Source of the DNA: an uncultured virus (IMG/VR IMGVR_UViG_3300022752_000049)
Lineage: Duplodnaviria > Heunggongvirae > Uroviricota > Caudoviricetes
DNA: 64,000 bases
Strand: one strand, 5' to 3'
Virus record (IMG/VR): IMGVR_UViG_3300022752_000049
Made by a program: the position numbers and the translations under genes. This document shows, one piece after another, positions 25,075 to 34,982 of the stretch. The notes beneath the pieces are model-generated. The model saw only the letters and a list, made by a program, of their open reading frames with translations, searched no databases and was not told the DNA's origin. The stretch's first letter is position 1. Every line of letters starts with the position of its first letter.

Positions 25075-25949
25075 TATGATCTCACAATCCTAAAATGTTC
25101 TGAATGTTCTGAATAACCATTTTGTTTTAAGAAATTTTTGTAATCATCCATCAGTGTCGGCATGTAGAGATTTGTAGAAGTTTTTGCCATCTCTGACTCT
25201 TTGATTGGATCCGTTACGGATTCTCCAACCTCTTTATTTGGAGTACCGTGACTATACCAACCTAAATATGAGTATCTTTCTCCAGAAATCACTGGTTTAA
25301 CTTCATGCGCTGCCATATAATTGGAGGGGAAAAATAATATATCACCTTTTGATGGTTTAAAATCTATATCTAAATAGTTAAAATAGTGATGTCCACCAGT
25401 AAAATTACTGTCATTTAACTCTTCTTCTGTTTCAACACAGTCGTTTAAATAAAAAACGGTACTCACTGTATTTCTTGTTGCGAGTTGATCGACTGGCGTC
25501 CACACTCCATATACGTAATCTGCGCTGACGTCCGAATGCGACCCTAGGTAAACTCCACTTTTATACTGGACAATGTGACCTTTAACTTTCCACCAAACAC
25601 ACTTAACAGCTAAAGGAAATAGTTCAAAGTATTTTAATAGATATTTATCTTTTGATTCTTCTATAAAATCAAATATTGACTTGAATTTGTCATCAGCATA
25701 TCTGTGAATAGCAGATCCTCTTCCTGGCATTTGATCTATTGAATCTTTGCGAAAAAAATATCCGCTTTTATTAATATAGCATTCTTCGCCAGTTTCTGGG
25801 TTGACAGCTGGCTTGTACATTTCATTTTTTTCTTTATTAATTGAATTCCTTGCAAAATCTAAGATATAGTTCCAATCGAGTTCTAAGGCTGAGCGAAATA
25901 CAACTACTCCACCTCCCAAATGTTCTGCTTTTACATTGTTATCAATCAT
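25074..25949 (-). CDS. 2OG-Fe(II) oxygenase (prolyl-4-hydroxylase-like)
   Basis: SHSD, YLND, KGDILFFPS, AHEV, RYSY. Confidence 0.85.
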   Translation of the reverse strand: MIDNNVKAEHLGGGVVVFRSALELDWNYILDFARNSINKEKNEMYKPAVNPETGEECYINKSGYFFRKDSIDQMPGRGSAIHRYADDKFKSIFDFIEESKDKYLLKYFELFPLAVKCVWWKVKGHIVQYKSGVYLGSHSDVSADYVYGVWTPVDQLATRNTVSTVFYLNDCVETEEELNDSNFTGGHHYFNYLDIDFKPSKGDILFFPSNYMAAHEVKPVISGERYSYLGWYSHGTPNKEVGESVTDPIKESEMAKTSTNLYMPTLMDDYKNFLKQNGYSEHSEHFRIVRS

Positions 25950-26893
25950 TATTCAACCTTTTGTGTGGTAAGTTTTTTTCTGTTCCTGAACTATTATACC
26001 TTCTTATTGTACCCCTGAGCAATGCGAGAGTATCTGGATCCGTTAAAGACGATAATGTATCTATACTGTATTTATTTTTTATATATTCAATATAGTCTTC
26101 TCGTAAATTTTTAATCCAAACCTGACCCTGTTTACCTATTGGAGGAGTCATGCTTGTTATATGAACCCCTCTTTCTGGATGAGAAGACCCCTGGGCAAAG
26201 TACCCTATATACGCATACCTACTGCCATTTTGGCACGGATTAATTTCGTGAGTACCCAAATAATTTGAAGGAAACATTAAAACATCTCCAGCTTTAGGTG
26301 AATAAGCTACATTTGCATAAGGAAAAACAATTTCCCCATTATTGTATTCATACTTTTTTATATCTTCTTTTGAAGATACAGAAGAATTTAAATATATTAT
26401 TATACCAACAACATTTCTTGTAGCCAGTTGCAAGTCGGGCTCAAAACCCACCTGGTAATTCACATCATTATCGTTGTGTATTCCCATTCTACTGTTTGGC
26501 CCATATGCTAAAACGTGCCCCAATGTTCTCCACCAGATATTCGGAAGAATCATTGGAAATATTTCTATATACCTTAAAAGAGAGTGATAGAATGTTTTTT
26601 CGCATTCTTCAAAAAAGTTTATTAATTCTTTGGGGCTACTTTCGTCAATAAAATTCATTATATGACTAGCATTTATGTGTATATCCTCTAATGAATATCT
26701 ATGACCGCTTCTATTTATTGCATAAGTATTTCCATCTGGTTCATTCACTATATTATAATCTTCTTCTATGGCTTTTTGCTTTAAAGAAGCCAAATAGGGG
26801 ATTACCAGATCTTGATTGACTTCTATTGCTCCAGGGAAGCACACAATCCCCATTCCGATAATTTATCGGGTCTGGAAGACTATTGCCATTCAC
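25942..26893 (-). CDS. 2OG-Fe(II) oxygenase (316 aa), one +1 shift at codon 13
   Basis: IHND, YLN, AGDVLMFPS, THEI, RYAY. GTG at 26893 overlaps the upstream TAG. MNGNSLPDPINY[CGGA=G]MGIVCF restores the xGxGVVVF motif of the paralogs. Confidence 0.8.
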
Positions 26894-28068
26894 TAGCTAA
26901 TTTCCTGTGGCGTTGTATTGCACGGACCGGCGCCTTCGATCTTTTCCGCCGCATTTTTTCTAGCGTTTTCTGCTGCAGTTACTTCTGACATATCTGGATC
27001 CGGAGCGGTACCGACTTGAACGGTATCATGAGTCGTGTTGTACTGGGCAACCTCTCTACCTTGATAAACCGGATTCCAACCAGGTTCTACGTTAGATTTT
27101 GAAACATCAAAATATATAGAATGCGGAGACTTGCAGTAGAGTTCATAATCATCATAGATATTGTCAAACCAAACTGGTGGACACCACTTCTTGCTCTTTT
27201 TTTCTTCGACAACGACTATACCTGCTTTAATGTCATTGTCTCCTTGCCCAAAAAATGTTAGATAACTATACCTAACACCTTTACCCATAGACTCTACGTC
27301 ATGTGACGCAACGTAGTTTGTTGGGAAAAAGATGATATCCCCCTTTTGTGGCTTGTATGATATACCAAGGTGAACAAAACGCAAATTGCCGCCAGTAAAG
27401 TTTTTACCATTTAGCTCTTGCTGTGTTTCAACATGATCATTAAAATACACTAGGGCGCCACAGGTTTGACGTGATGCAACCATTCCCTTTGGCATGTATC
27501 TTACGCCTTTTGTGACCTTATAGTTAGTATCATTATCAGCGTGGCAACCTAATCTGCCCCCATCTCCATATCTTAAAATGTGTCCTCGAGTTTTCCACCA
27601 AATGCTACCGATCATCAATGGATAATGGTCTATATACTTTAATAGACATTTGTAAATTTGATCTTCAAGATAAAAAAAGAAATTTGCTATCTCTTCGGGA
27701 GTTTGTGAGTTGACGGGATCTAGCAGTCTTACTGGCGTTGCTGGCACTTCGTCAATTGCATATCTGAAACCATCTTCATTTATGCCATATTTTTTGCCCT
27801 CTATTTCAACATACTTCCATCTGCCCTGATGTGCTTCATCAGCTTTTTCATCAATATATTTTAATACTAAATTTTGATCTATGTTAAAAGCGTTTCTAAA
27901 AACAACAACACCAGGACCAAGAATCTCGCATTGAATTTTGCCAATTTCCTCTATTACCTCTTCCGTTATCTTAGGAGATACAGGAAAAGATGGGAGATTT
28001 TCATAATCTAATTGTTCGTTTACAGGACTATTGCCATAAGACATTTTATTACCCCAATACTTCGTCAA
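26893..28068 (-). CDS. 2OG-Fe(II) oxygenase (start may be the ATG near 28044)
   Basis: CHAD, YFND, KGDIIFFPT, SHDV, RYSY. Confidence 0.85.
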   Translation of the reverse strand: MTKYWGNKMSYGNSPVNEQLDYENLPSFPVSPKITEEVIEEIGKIQCEILGPGVVVFRNAFNIDQNLVLKYIDEKADEAHQGRWKYVEIEGKKYGINEDGFRYAIDEVPATPVRLLDPVNSQTPEEIANFFFYLEDQIYKCLLKYIDHYPLMIGSIWWKTRGHILRYGDGGRLGCHADNDTNYKVTKGVRYMPKGMVASRQTCGALVYFNDHVETQQELNGKNFTGGNLRFVHLGISYKPQKGDIIFFPTNYVASHDVESMGKGVRYSYLTFFGQGDNDIKAGIVVVEEKKSKKWCPPVWFDNIYDDYELYCKSPHSIYFDVSKSNVEPGWNPVYQGREVAQYNTTHDTVQVGTAPDPDMSEVTAAENARKNAAEKIEGAGPCNTTPQEIS

Positions 28069-28666
28069 TTGCTTCTCTTATTGTCCAACCAGCTCCCATA
28101 ACCCTTGGTTCTTCATCCAAGGGCATATCTTGCCAATTGAATCTAGAAATCACTACCCCATTTCTACTGATTAAAAATTTTTCATAACTATGGGGTATTC
28201 TTGCTATTGCTTGACCAGCTAAATTTTGTCCTTCTACAGCTGCAGTCGTTCCATCTGCAGTTGTATCAGAATATGCTCGTCTTTCTTTTCCTTTAAGGAA
28301 AGAATAAACTTCATGTTCATTTTTGCCGTTTACTTCAACTTTTTCAGCTATTGGAAAATTCACAAATGGATAGTTTGTTTTTATAAACTGACTTATCTCC
28401 TCATTTGAGCCCGGTTCCATTTTACCAAACTGATTACACGGAAAAGCAACAACTGAAAATCCCCTGTCTTTAAATTCATCATGGACTGCTTGCAGTTCCC
28501 ATAAATTCCTACTGGTTCTCACATATGACCACAGCGGACTGCATTGTGGCTTATACCCAAATTTGCTTGATATATTTACAATTAAAGTAATTTTTCCTTT
28601 AAATTGATCAAGAAAATTTTCTTGTCCATCGAGACCTTTAACATCTATATCGTAAACATTATTCAT
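28049..28666 (-). CDS. Glutathione peroxidase-like protein with altered active site
   Basis: FKGKITLIVNISSKFG, VAFPCNQFG, EKVEVNG...H.VY.FLK, EKFLISRNG: GPx-family motifs. Confidence 0.8.
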   Translation of the reverse strand: MNNVYDIDVKGLDGQENFLDQFKGKITLIVNISSKFGYKPQCSPLWSYVRTSRNLWELQAVHDEFKDRGFSVVAFPCNQFGKMEPGSNEEISQFIKTNYPFVNFPIAEKVEVNGKNEHEVYSFLKGKERRAYSDTTADGTTAAVEGQNLAGQAIARIPHSYEKFLISRNGVVISRFNWQDMPLDEEPRVMGAGWTIREAIDEVLG

Positions 28667-28955
28667 TTTTTATTCCCTTAAAATCGACCATACAATACTC
28701 GTTTATCTTAATTGTTCCAAAAATTACCTTATCCTCGAGTCTACCATTCATAACTATGGTAGATTTTGTTGGAGTTTCTGTTTTACCAATTAACTGAAAA
28801 GTATTTGAAACAAATTGCACATCATGAAACTCCATGCTACCCCTTGCCTCAGAAAGCATTGCATTAAGTGAAGGAGAGATTGCCAAAGTATAGTAATCAA
28901 CACCCAGGGGAGAAGATACTTGAATTTTCCAAGATCCTACAAATTGCTCTTGCAC
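28659..28955 (-). CDS. Hypothetical protein
   Basis: ORF track; overlaps both neighbours. Confidence 0.65.
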   Translation of the reverse strand: MQEQFVGSWKIQVSSPLGVDYYTLAISPSLNAMLSEARGSMEFHDVQFVSNTFQLIGKTETPTKSTIVMNGRLEDKVIFGTIKINEYCMVDFKGIKNE

Positions 28956-29656
28956 TATTGTGGCTCCTTTAATGATGGTAAGCCCTCAAATGGAGGTCCT
29001 ATTTTTTCTCCTTTTTCATTTAAGCCGGTTTTTATACCTTTCATCCAGGTCCAAGGTTGTTCCTGTAATTTCTTCATTTTTGCATTACCGTAACTCATTC
29101 TCTGATTCATTAAGTCTGGTTTATCCCATAGATTTTCTATTTTAAATTCTACGTTTTCTGCGAGGTTGTTTGGATATATAGTAAAGTGCATAAAAGGCAT
29201 TCCGGCTGGGAAGATAACCGGTTCTCCGACTTTAGTTATTTTCCAATTCATATTAAATTCATCTGGCCACCAATAACTTGGAATTGACGCGGTAAGTGGA
29301 ACAGCTCCATCGACAAAATAATTGGGCGATCCACCAATCCATGTAGAATAGTTATCTTCTGTTTGAAATGTCCATCCTGTGGAAAAAGACATTATTCCTA
29401 TAATACTTGGAATAACTATAGACCTTCCGTCAAGGGTCTCTCCTTGTAAAACTTTTGGAACCGTATTTCCACCATCCCATTGCACTACTACATCTTGCTG
29501 CAAAATTAATTCCCATCCAGTAACATTTGCCACAGTTAACGGCAAGCATTGATATGCGTGCTTGTTATAGGTATCGTCCATCCAGTCTCTTTTTATTCTT
29601 GACTGTTTTATTAATGGCGGATTTTGATGTGTTTTGGTTAACGTAACTAAGCTCAT
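28955..29656 (-). CDS. DUF6065-like protein
   Basis: RDWMDDT...HAYQCLPLTVANVTGWEL...F.MNWKIT...F..GMPF pattern, recognised from memory. Confidence 0.65.
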   Translation of the reverse strand: MSLVTLTKTHQNPPLIKQSRIKRDWMDDTYNKHAYQCLPLTVANVTGWELILQQDVVVQWDGGNTVPKVLQGETLDGRSIVIPSIIGIMSFSTGWTFQTEDNYSTWIGGSPNYFVDGAVPLTASIPSYWWPDEFNMNWKITKVGEPVIFPAGMPFMHFTIYPNNLAENVEFKIENLWDKPDLMNQRMSYGNAKMKKLQEQPWTWMKGIKTGLNEKGEKIGPPFEGLPSLKEPQ

Positions 29657-29662
29657 GATATT

Positions 29663-29671
29663 AGTATACCA
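29663..29671 (-). promoter_or_regulatory. Extended -10 TGGTATACT, leaderless spacing
   Basis: 6 nt upstream of the ATG at 29656, with no SD between. Confidence 0.5.
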
Positions 29672-29716
29672 TATAATGAGAAACTTTTTAACGCCAAAAA
29701 CGTACTACGCAGTATA

Positions 29717-30433
29717 CTACGAAAGAGTTGCGTAGTTTGGCTGAGTAGTTTTTTGCGGAATTCCTTTTGTTTGGTCTGCTTTTGAACCATCATTCGCGTA
29801 CCCCATGCCGTACTTATGGTTATTGTCGTTATAGTCAAACATAGTAACGGCAGAGTATTTGACTCCGCTTTTAACTTTTAGCGATGCGTGCGCATAGATG
29901 TAGGTAGAAGGAAATAGCACTACGTCGCCGGCCTGTGGTTTAAGAGTTATATCCAAATATGGAAACCATAGCTCCCCACCTTCATATTCATCATTTAGAT
30001 ACACTACTGAGGACACGGTACATGTATAAGAAAATCCATGGTCAGTGTGAACTGCAAAATGTTGACCAGGCTTATAGCGCACAAAATTAATTGCTTCCAT
30101 AAATTCCATTTTAAAATTGTACATAGATTCATAATGATTCAAACATTTTTTTAATCTATTATCTACGTCATCGTAGCATTTCTTTACTTCTTCAAACTCA
30201 GGAGTAAGATACGGCCAATGTATTGGGCTCATTTTTAAATCAACACAATCTCTATACTCTGACATCTTAACATTGTATCCAACGACAGCATCTGACCATT
30301 TAAATAAATCGTGAGTACTATTTCCAATAGTGGCTTCCAATCTTTCAGGAATATTGAGTTCCCTTTCTATGGCGTTTCTATATAGAAATATGCCAAACTT
30401 TGGATCGCTAACATGGTAGAATTCCATTTTCAC
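29717..30433 (-). CDS. 2OG-Fe(II) oxygenase (prolyl-4-hydroxylase-like)
   Basis: RYKPGQHFAVHTD, YLNDEYEGGELWF, AHAS, KYS. Confidence 0.88.
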   Translation of the reverse strand: MKMEFYHVSDPKFGIFLYRNAIERELNIPERLEATIGNSTHDLFKWSDAVVGYNVKMSEYRDCVDLKMSPIHWPYLTPEFEEVKKCYDDVDNRLKKCLNHYESMYNFKMEFMEAINFVRYKPGQHFAVHTDHGFSYTCTVSSVVYLNDEYEGGELWFPYLDITLKPQAGDVVLFPSTYIYAHASLKVKSGVKYSAVTMFDYNDNNHKYGMGYANDGSKADQTKGIPQKTTQPNYATLS

Positions 30434-30509
30434 TCCTTAATAAAAATCAGATGATATAATATACCACTTACATACAAAGAAATCAAAGCATCGAGTAGAA
30501 TAAATACTT

Positions 30510-31151
30510 TTGATCACTAAAGGAATAAATATGGAAAAATCATTAGTCCTTCCAGGACATTTTGGAAATTCGTCTAATAATATTAAAATAATAAAAAATT
30601 TTATTGAATTAGATGATCTAAAAACAATACAGAAATTTCTTCCCACAATAAATGAGTGGATGGATGCTGGGGAAAACCAATACGCTGAAGACGGCACATG
30701 TATCTACGATTCGTCTTATTGGCAGAATAGACAATGTAGTTACGATATTTTATCGAGGATAAATCTTGATATCTATAATCTAATTGATAAATATATTATA
30801 AAAATGCAGTGGTTTTTAGAAAATCAATTTAAAGTTCGCTTAACTGTTAGACCCCCAGTCATAATTAGATGGTTTCCCGGCTTAGAGCAACGACCACACG
30901 CCGATAAACAGTTAAATGACGGATCTCCGAATCCGTTTCCAACTTATGATTTAAATTCACTTCTTTATTACAATGACGACTTTGAAGGTGGCGAATTATA
31001 TTATCCACAACATGATATAGTCGTAAAACCAAAACCAGGACTGGCTGTAGCTCATCCGGGAGATGTAAATTATCTTCACGGAGTAAAAATGGTTACCAAA
31101 GGAGAAAGATTTACTACACCATCTTTTTATACGATAACGGAATTGTTATAG
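30510..31151 (+). CDS. 2OG-Fe(II) oxygenase, divergently transcribed (likely start ATG 30531)
   Basis: RPHAD, YYNDDFEGGELYY, LHGV, RFT. Confidence 0.88.
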   Translation: MITKGINMEKSLVLPGHFGNSSNNIKIIKNFIELDDLKTIQKFLPTINEWMDAGENQYAEDGTCIYDSSYWQNRQCSYDILSRINLDIYNLIDKYIIKMQWFLENQFKVRLTVRPPVIIRWFPGLEQRPHADKQLNDGSPNPFPTYDLNSLLYYNDDFEGGELYYPQHDIVVKPKPGLAVAHPGDVNYLHGVKMVTKGERFTTPSFYTITELL

Positions 31152-31155
31152 ACTT

Positions 31156-31590
31156 TTAATTTGGTGGAAAAAAATTCTGTCCGTCAAATGTCCAGTTTTT
31201 TTTGGGAGGATTTTCTAGATTTGTTACATCAATAATAACTGGATTCTTTTTTAAATTTTCTAAAAACATCAATGAATCTGGTTCATCTTTTGGAAACATA
31301 ATCCAAGAAGTTACAATGCCATCTGAAGTGAGGGCATACTTGTAGTTGTTTCCTATATCTTTTGCTTCACACAAATTAGTATTATTATTAGGTGGAAAAA
31401 AATTCTGTCCGTCAAATTTCCAGTTTTTTGTTATCATAGAAGCTTCTGGGAGATCGGTGCATTCTATGAATATTGGATTTCTAGAATAGGAATCACATGT
31501 TGATTCAAATGAGGGCTGATCATCAGAAATTTTGTGCACAAAGAAAACTTTTTGTTCTGCGCAAAAAGCAAATAATTTGTAGTTTGACAT
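31156..31590 (-). CDS. Hypothetical protein with a tandemly duplicated ~70-aa domain
   Basis: Two NP.I...T.L....KNW.FDGQNFFPPN units; 27-nt DNA direct repeat near 31163 and 31391. Confidence 0.7.
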   Translation of the reverse strand: MSNYKLFAFCAEQKVFFVHKISDDQPSFESTCDSYSRNPIFIECTDLPEASMITKNWKFDGQNFFPPNNNTNLCEAKDIGNNYKYALTSDGIVTSWIMFPKDEPDSLMFLENLKKNPVIIDVTNLENPPKKNWTFDGQNFFPPN

Positions 31591-31622
31591 TTTAAATCCT
31601 TATATTGTGTACTATTTATCCA

Positions 31623-32480
31623 TTATAACACATAATGTACATATTCCCATAGTTGCATATCAAGTTGATTATTTTCTTCAATTTTTTTTATATCTTTTTT
31701 TGACAACATTTGTTTTAATTCATTTGTTGTAAAAATATTATCATTTATTTTCACACTAGATTTATTATATTTAATATTTTTTTTAATGTCATCTCTTATG
31801 TCATTAAAAATGGTATTTGGATTATTTTTTTTAAATAGACTAATAACGTCCTCTGTAAATTGGTAAACTTTATCTACAACTCCTATAATTTTTAATTTAT
31901 CTATTTGGTCTTTAGCTTTTGTCCAACTTGTGTCATCATTTGGTATATACCAATTTTGACTTTTATTAAGATAATTCATTTCGTTTTTATGATCTTTAAT
32001 CATTAGTTTTTCATTTAAATTCATACAAGTATGATTATATTTGTAATTAAAGATATAATCTGGTATACCATTACAAAGATGTCTTGACTGCAAATTTCTG
32101 TGTTCTGCATAAAAAATGTCTTCAAAAAGATAGTACTTTATCTTTTTTTGAATTGAATCAAGTTTTGTATAGGCGTCTATGGTTTCAAAAACTTTATTAG
32201 TAGCCAGGTAAGCAAAATTGCTTATGCTTCTATCTACTGGATTTCTTGCTAAAAAAACAGTATCTACATTTTTTACTTTTAAAATTGGATAATTGCCAAA
32301 ATGACCTTGTATTATTTTATATTCATTTAAATCAATTTTTTTATCAAATATAGTTTGACCATAAAATGCCAGAGTGTCATATTCGCTAATACATTTTTTT
32401 AAATTAATGGATACTGTTGTTCCTCCACATTTTGGAACATGTAAAACATAGATAGTTTTATTATTTATATGTAATCCATT
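31623..32480 (-). CDS. Sulfotransferase-family protein; start codon uncertain (possibly ATA at 32468)
   Basis: The frame of ORF 31623..32093 stays open to 32480 and contains YVLHVPKCGGTTV (5'-PSB loop), IQGHF and ARNPVDRSISNF (3'-PB motif). Confidence 0.75.
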   Translation of the reverse strand, partial: NGLHINNKTIYVLHVPKCGGTTVSINLKKCISEYDTLAFYGQTIFDKKIDLNEYKIIQGHFGNYPILKVKNVDTVFLARNPVDRSISNFAYLATNKVFETIDAYTKLDSIQKKIKYYLFEDIFYAEHRNLQSRHLCNGIPDYIFNYKYNHTCMNLNEKLMIKDHKNEMNYLNKSQNWYIPNDDTSWTKAKDQIDKLKIIGVVDKVYQFTEDVISLFKKNNPNTIFNDIRDDIKKNIKYNKSSVKINDNIFTTNELKQMLSKKDIKKIEENNQLDMQLWEYVHYVL

Positions 32481-32493
32481 TTATTTTAAAGAA

Positions 32494-32983
32494 TTATGTA
32501 TTATTCCAACCCAAGAAGTTGCCACAACTGTCACGTACTTCAGGACCATAGAAAAAGGCGCCAAAGCATGGTGGGAAATATGGTGGGAAGAACGGTGGGA
32601 AAAACGGTGGGAAGAACGGTGGGAAAAACGGTGGGAAGAATGGTGGGAAAAACGGTGGGAAAAACGGTGGGAAAAACGGCGGAAAGAATGGCGGAAAGAA
32701 CGGCGGGAAATATGGTGGAAAATATGGTGGGAAGAAGGGGCTATGAATAGTGTAATTGATTGGTGTACCCAATGGAGTCACTGTTGTATCGGTTACGGCG
32801 TTTTTAACCTTATCAAGATCTCCAGAAACTGCGGTTGATTCTGCGGTTACGTTACCTACAGTAAAACCCGCATTGGTAATAGTTGTATTAGCGGTTGCTT
32901 TTGCTGTTCCGTGCTGCTATGGTTGGTTTAGCGGCTTTTCTTTTACTACCTTTACCAGGCTCTGGTGTCTTATTAGCGCTCAT
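32494..32983 (-). CDS. PASTA-like domain plus (PPxF)14 repeat protein (162 aa), one +1 shift
   Basis: ATG at 32983, 1 nt after the upstream stop: ...KPTIAA[CGGA=G]TAKATANTTITNAGFTVGNVT...TPLGTPINYTIHSPFF(PP[FYC]F)14GAFF... The PASTA-like call is tentative. Confidence 0.7.
32563..32739 (-). repeat. 12-bp coding tandem repeat, PP[F/Y/C]F x14
   Basis: GGTGGGAAAAAC / GGTGGGAAGAAC / GGCGGAAAGAAT variants differ mainly at synonymous positions. Confidence 0.95.
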
Positions 32984-32984
32984 A

Positions 32985-34911
32985 TTATGCTGCCAAGTCT
33001 CCTAGTGCTACCCATGTATCGGTAGCTCTCTTTATAAGTGTAGCAGATGACCATTGTGCGCGCAACTTAAGCCCTGGTGTGGCATTAATCGTTACGCCTG
33101 ATTGGCCAGCTATAGTTGTTTGACCTGCTCCGGTCTGCAGTACTGTTATCGTAGTTCCAACCGGGAAGGCTACGTTTGCGTTGGTGGGGACGGTTAGGTT
33201 ATGACCAGAAGCCACGCTCATTTCAACCATCTTTGACCTGTCTGCAAGAACAAGGGTATAAGCGGCTGTTTGGGCATTTGTTAGTGTGTCACCCACAATT
33301 CTTTCATACTTTGTTCCGTCATTTGTAAACTCCCAACAGTCGTCTGTTTCATTCCATCTAACCAGAACATTTGTTGATGTACCGCGCTCTACTTCAATGC
33401 CAGCATTTTCTGATGGTGATCCAGTAACATCGTTATTTAAAACGATAATATTATCTGAAACATTCAAAGTTGCGGTATTAATTGTTGTGGTTGTTCCGTT
33501 TACTGTTAGGTCTCCAGAAACAGTGAGGTTTCCGGCGACTGTGGGATTTGATGTATTTATCCAAGCTGATCCGTTATATAGAAGAACCTGGTTTGCAACG
33601 GCAGATGTAATTGTAACATCGCCAACATCGTCTAGGGCATTAATTGTTGGTATCGATGCATTAACCCAAGCGCTACCATTGTATTTAAGATACTGATTTG
33701 TAGCGTTGCCTGTTATTGTTACATCGCCAACATCATCAAGATTATTAATCGTTGGAATGTCAGCCCACTGTAAACCGCTTGCAGTTGAGCTATTCGCTTT
33801 AAGGAATTGACCATTTGTTCCTGCAGCCAGTCTACCAACAGTGTCTGCTGCGGAAGCAACAATAAGGTCACCTTTTGCATCAACAATTGAATTTGCGATA
33901 TACGTATTAGCGGCAGTCGCAGTTGTAAGATAAGTGCTAGAGGCGGTTGCGGTTGTAAGATAGGTGCTAGAGGCGGTTGCGGTTGTAAGATAGGTGTTAG
34001 CTGCCTCTGTGCTCAATAAGCGCAACCCAATCGCCGTATTAACTCCGGATAGATCAACTTGTGAAGACTCTTTGTCAGTAACCCTTCCGTATTGATCAAC
34101 CGTTATTGAACTTATAAAATTAAGAGTATTTGCGCCATTGACATTGTTAACGTTGACACTTGCTAAGTCGATGTTATCTGCATTGACGACTATTCTTGCA
34201 GAATTTGCTGTTTGCACATTAAAGTAACTTCCATCAAGAACTAAACCAGTTCCAGCTAAAAATGAACCAGCGGAGCTAAACTGAACTACGTTTATAGCGT
34301 CCGTTCCAACAACAAATGTATCTGGATTTGATACTGTCAGCACGAATCCTTTTCCAGCAGATGTTCCGTTGGTGACAAAGATATAGGCGCCTGGTATTTC
34401 ACTAGCCTCATTGCACAAACCGCACCTAGTCAAAACCCAGGGAGTTGATCCATCACCAACAGTTGTGACAACATATCTACCATTTTGGGCTGCTGTAGTT
34501 TGATTTTTTACCAAAATTCCTTGATTGACAGAAAATCCAGACAATGAGTCAACTGTAAGTGCGCCGTTTGAATTAGCTGTTAATGTTGCGCCAACTCCGT
34601 TTGTTCCATTATTGTACGTTGCATCAAGATTGGCTATTGTAGCTACCCTTGCGGAAGGTTTTGCTTTAATCCCGCTTGCAATTTCGTCAACATAACCGTT
34701 TTGTCGCCAAAGACGTTGAGGTGCTTCCCGCATTAGATGCAACAACTGAAGTTACATTTAAAATTCCAGTAGCAGAAATGTTTGCAACAACATTGCCATC
34801 AGTGCCCTTAAATTCAACCAATGGAGCAGTAGCGCCATTGGCGGCCTTAAATACGACTGCTTCATCATTAACTGTTATTTCTGGTGCTGTTTCAAATCTT
34901 AAACGGGCCAT
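32985..34911 (-). CDS. Tail or head fibre-like protein (641 aa), one +1 shift
   Basis: ORFs 34687..34911 and 32985..34745 join at SLATK[CGGT=G]YVDE. Contains ILVKNQT...NG.Y.V, LDDVGDV repeats and TYLTTATASS x3; AGGAG RBS. Confidence 0.75.
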
Positions 34912-34982
34912 GGTTCTCCTATAAGCTTAGTTATTGGTATAATCAAATGCTCGTTGAATATAGTAATGGCTTATTCATAAAA

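Noticed and set aside
32563..32739. CRISPR array or non-coding minisatellite
   Set aside because: There are no spacers; the 12-bp period with synonymous variation indicates a coding repeat.
32496..32750. Plus-strand VGKT-repeat ORF
   Set aside because: It is the antisense shadow of the PPxF gene, and the variable positions change its residues.
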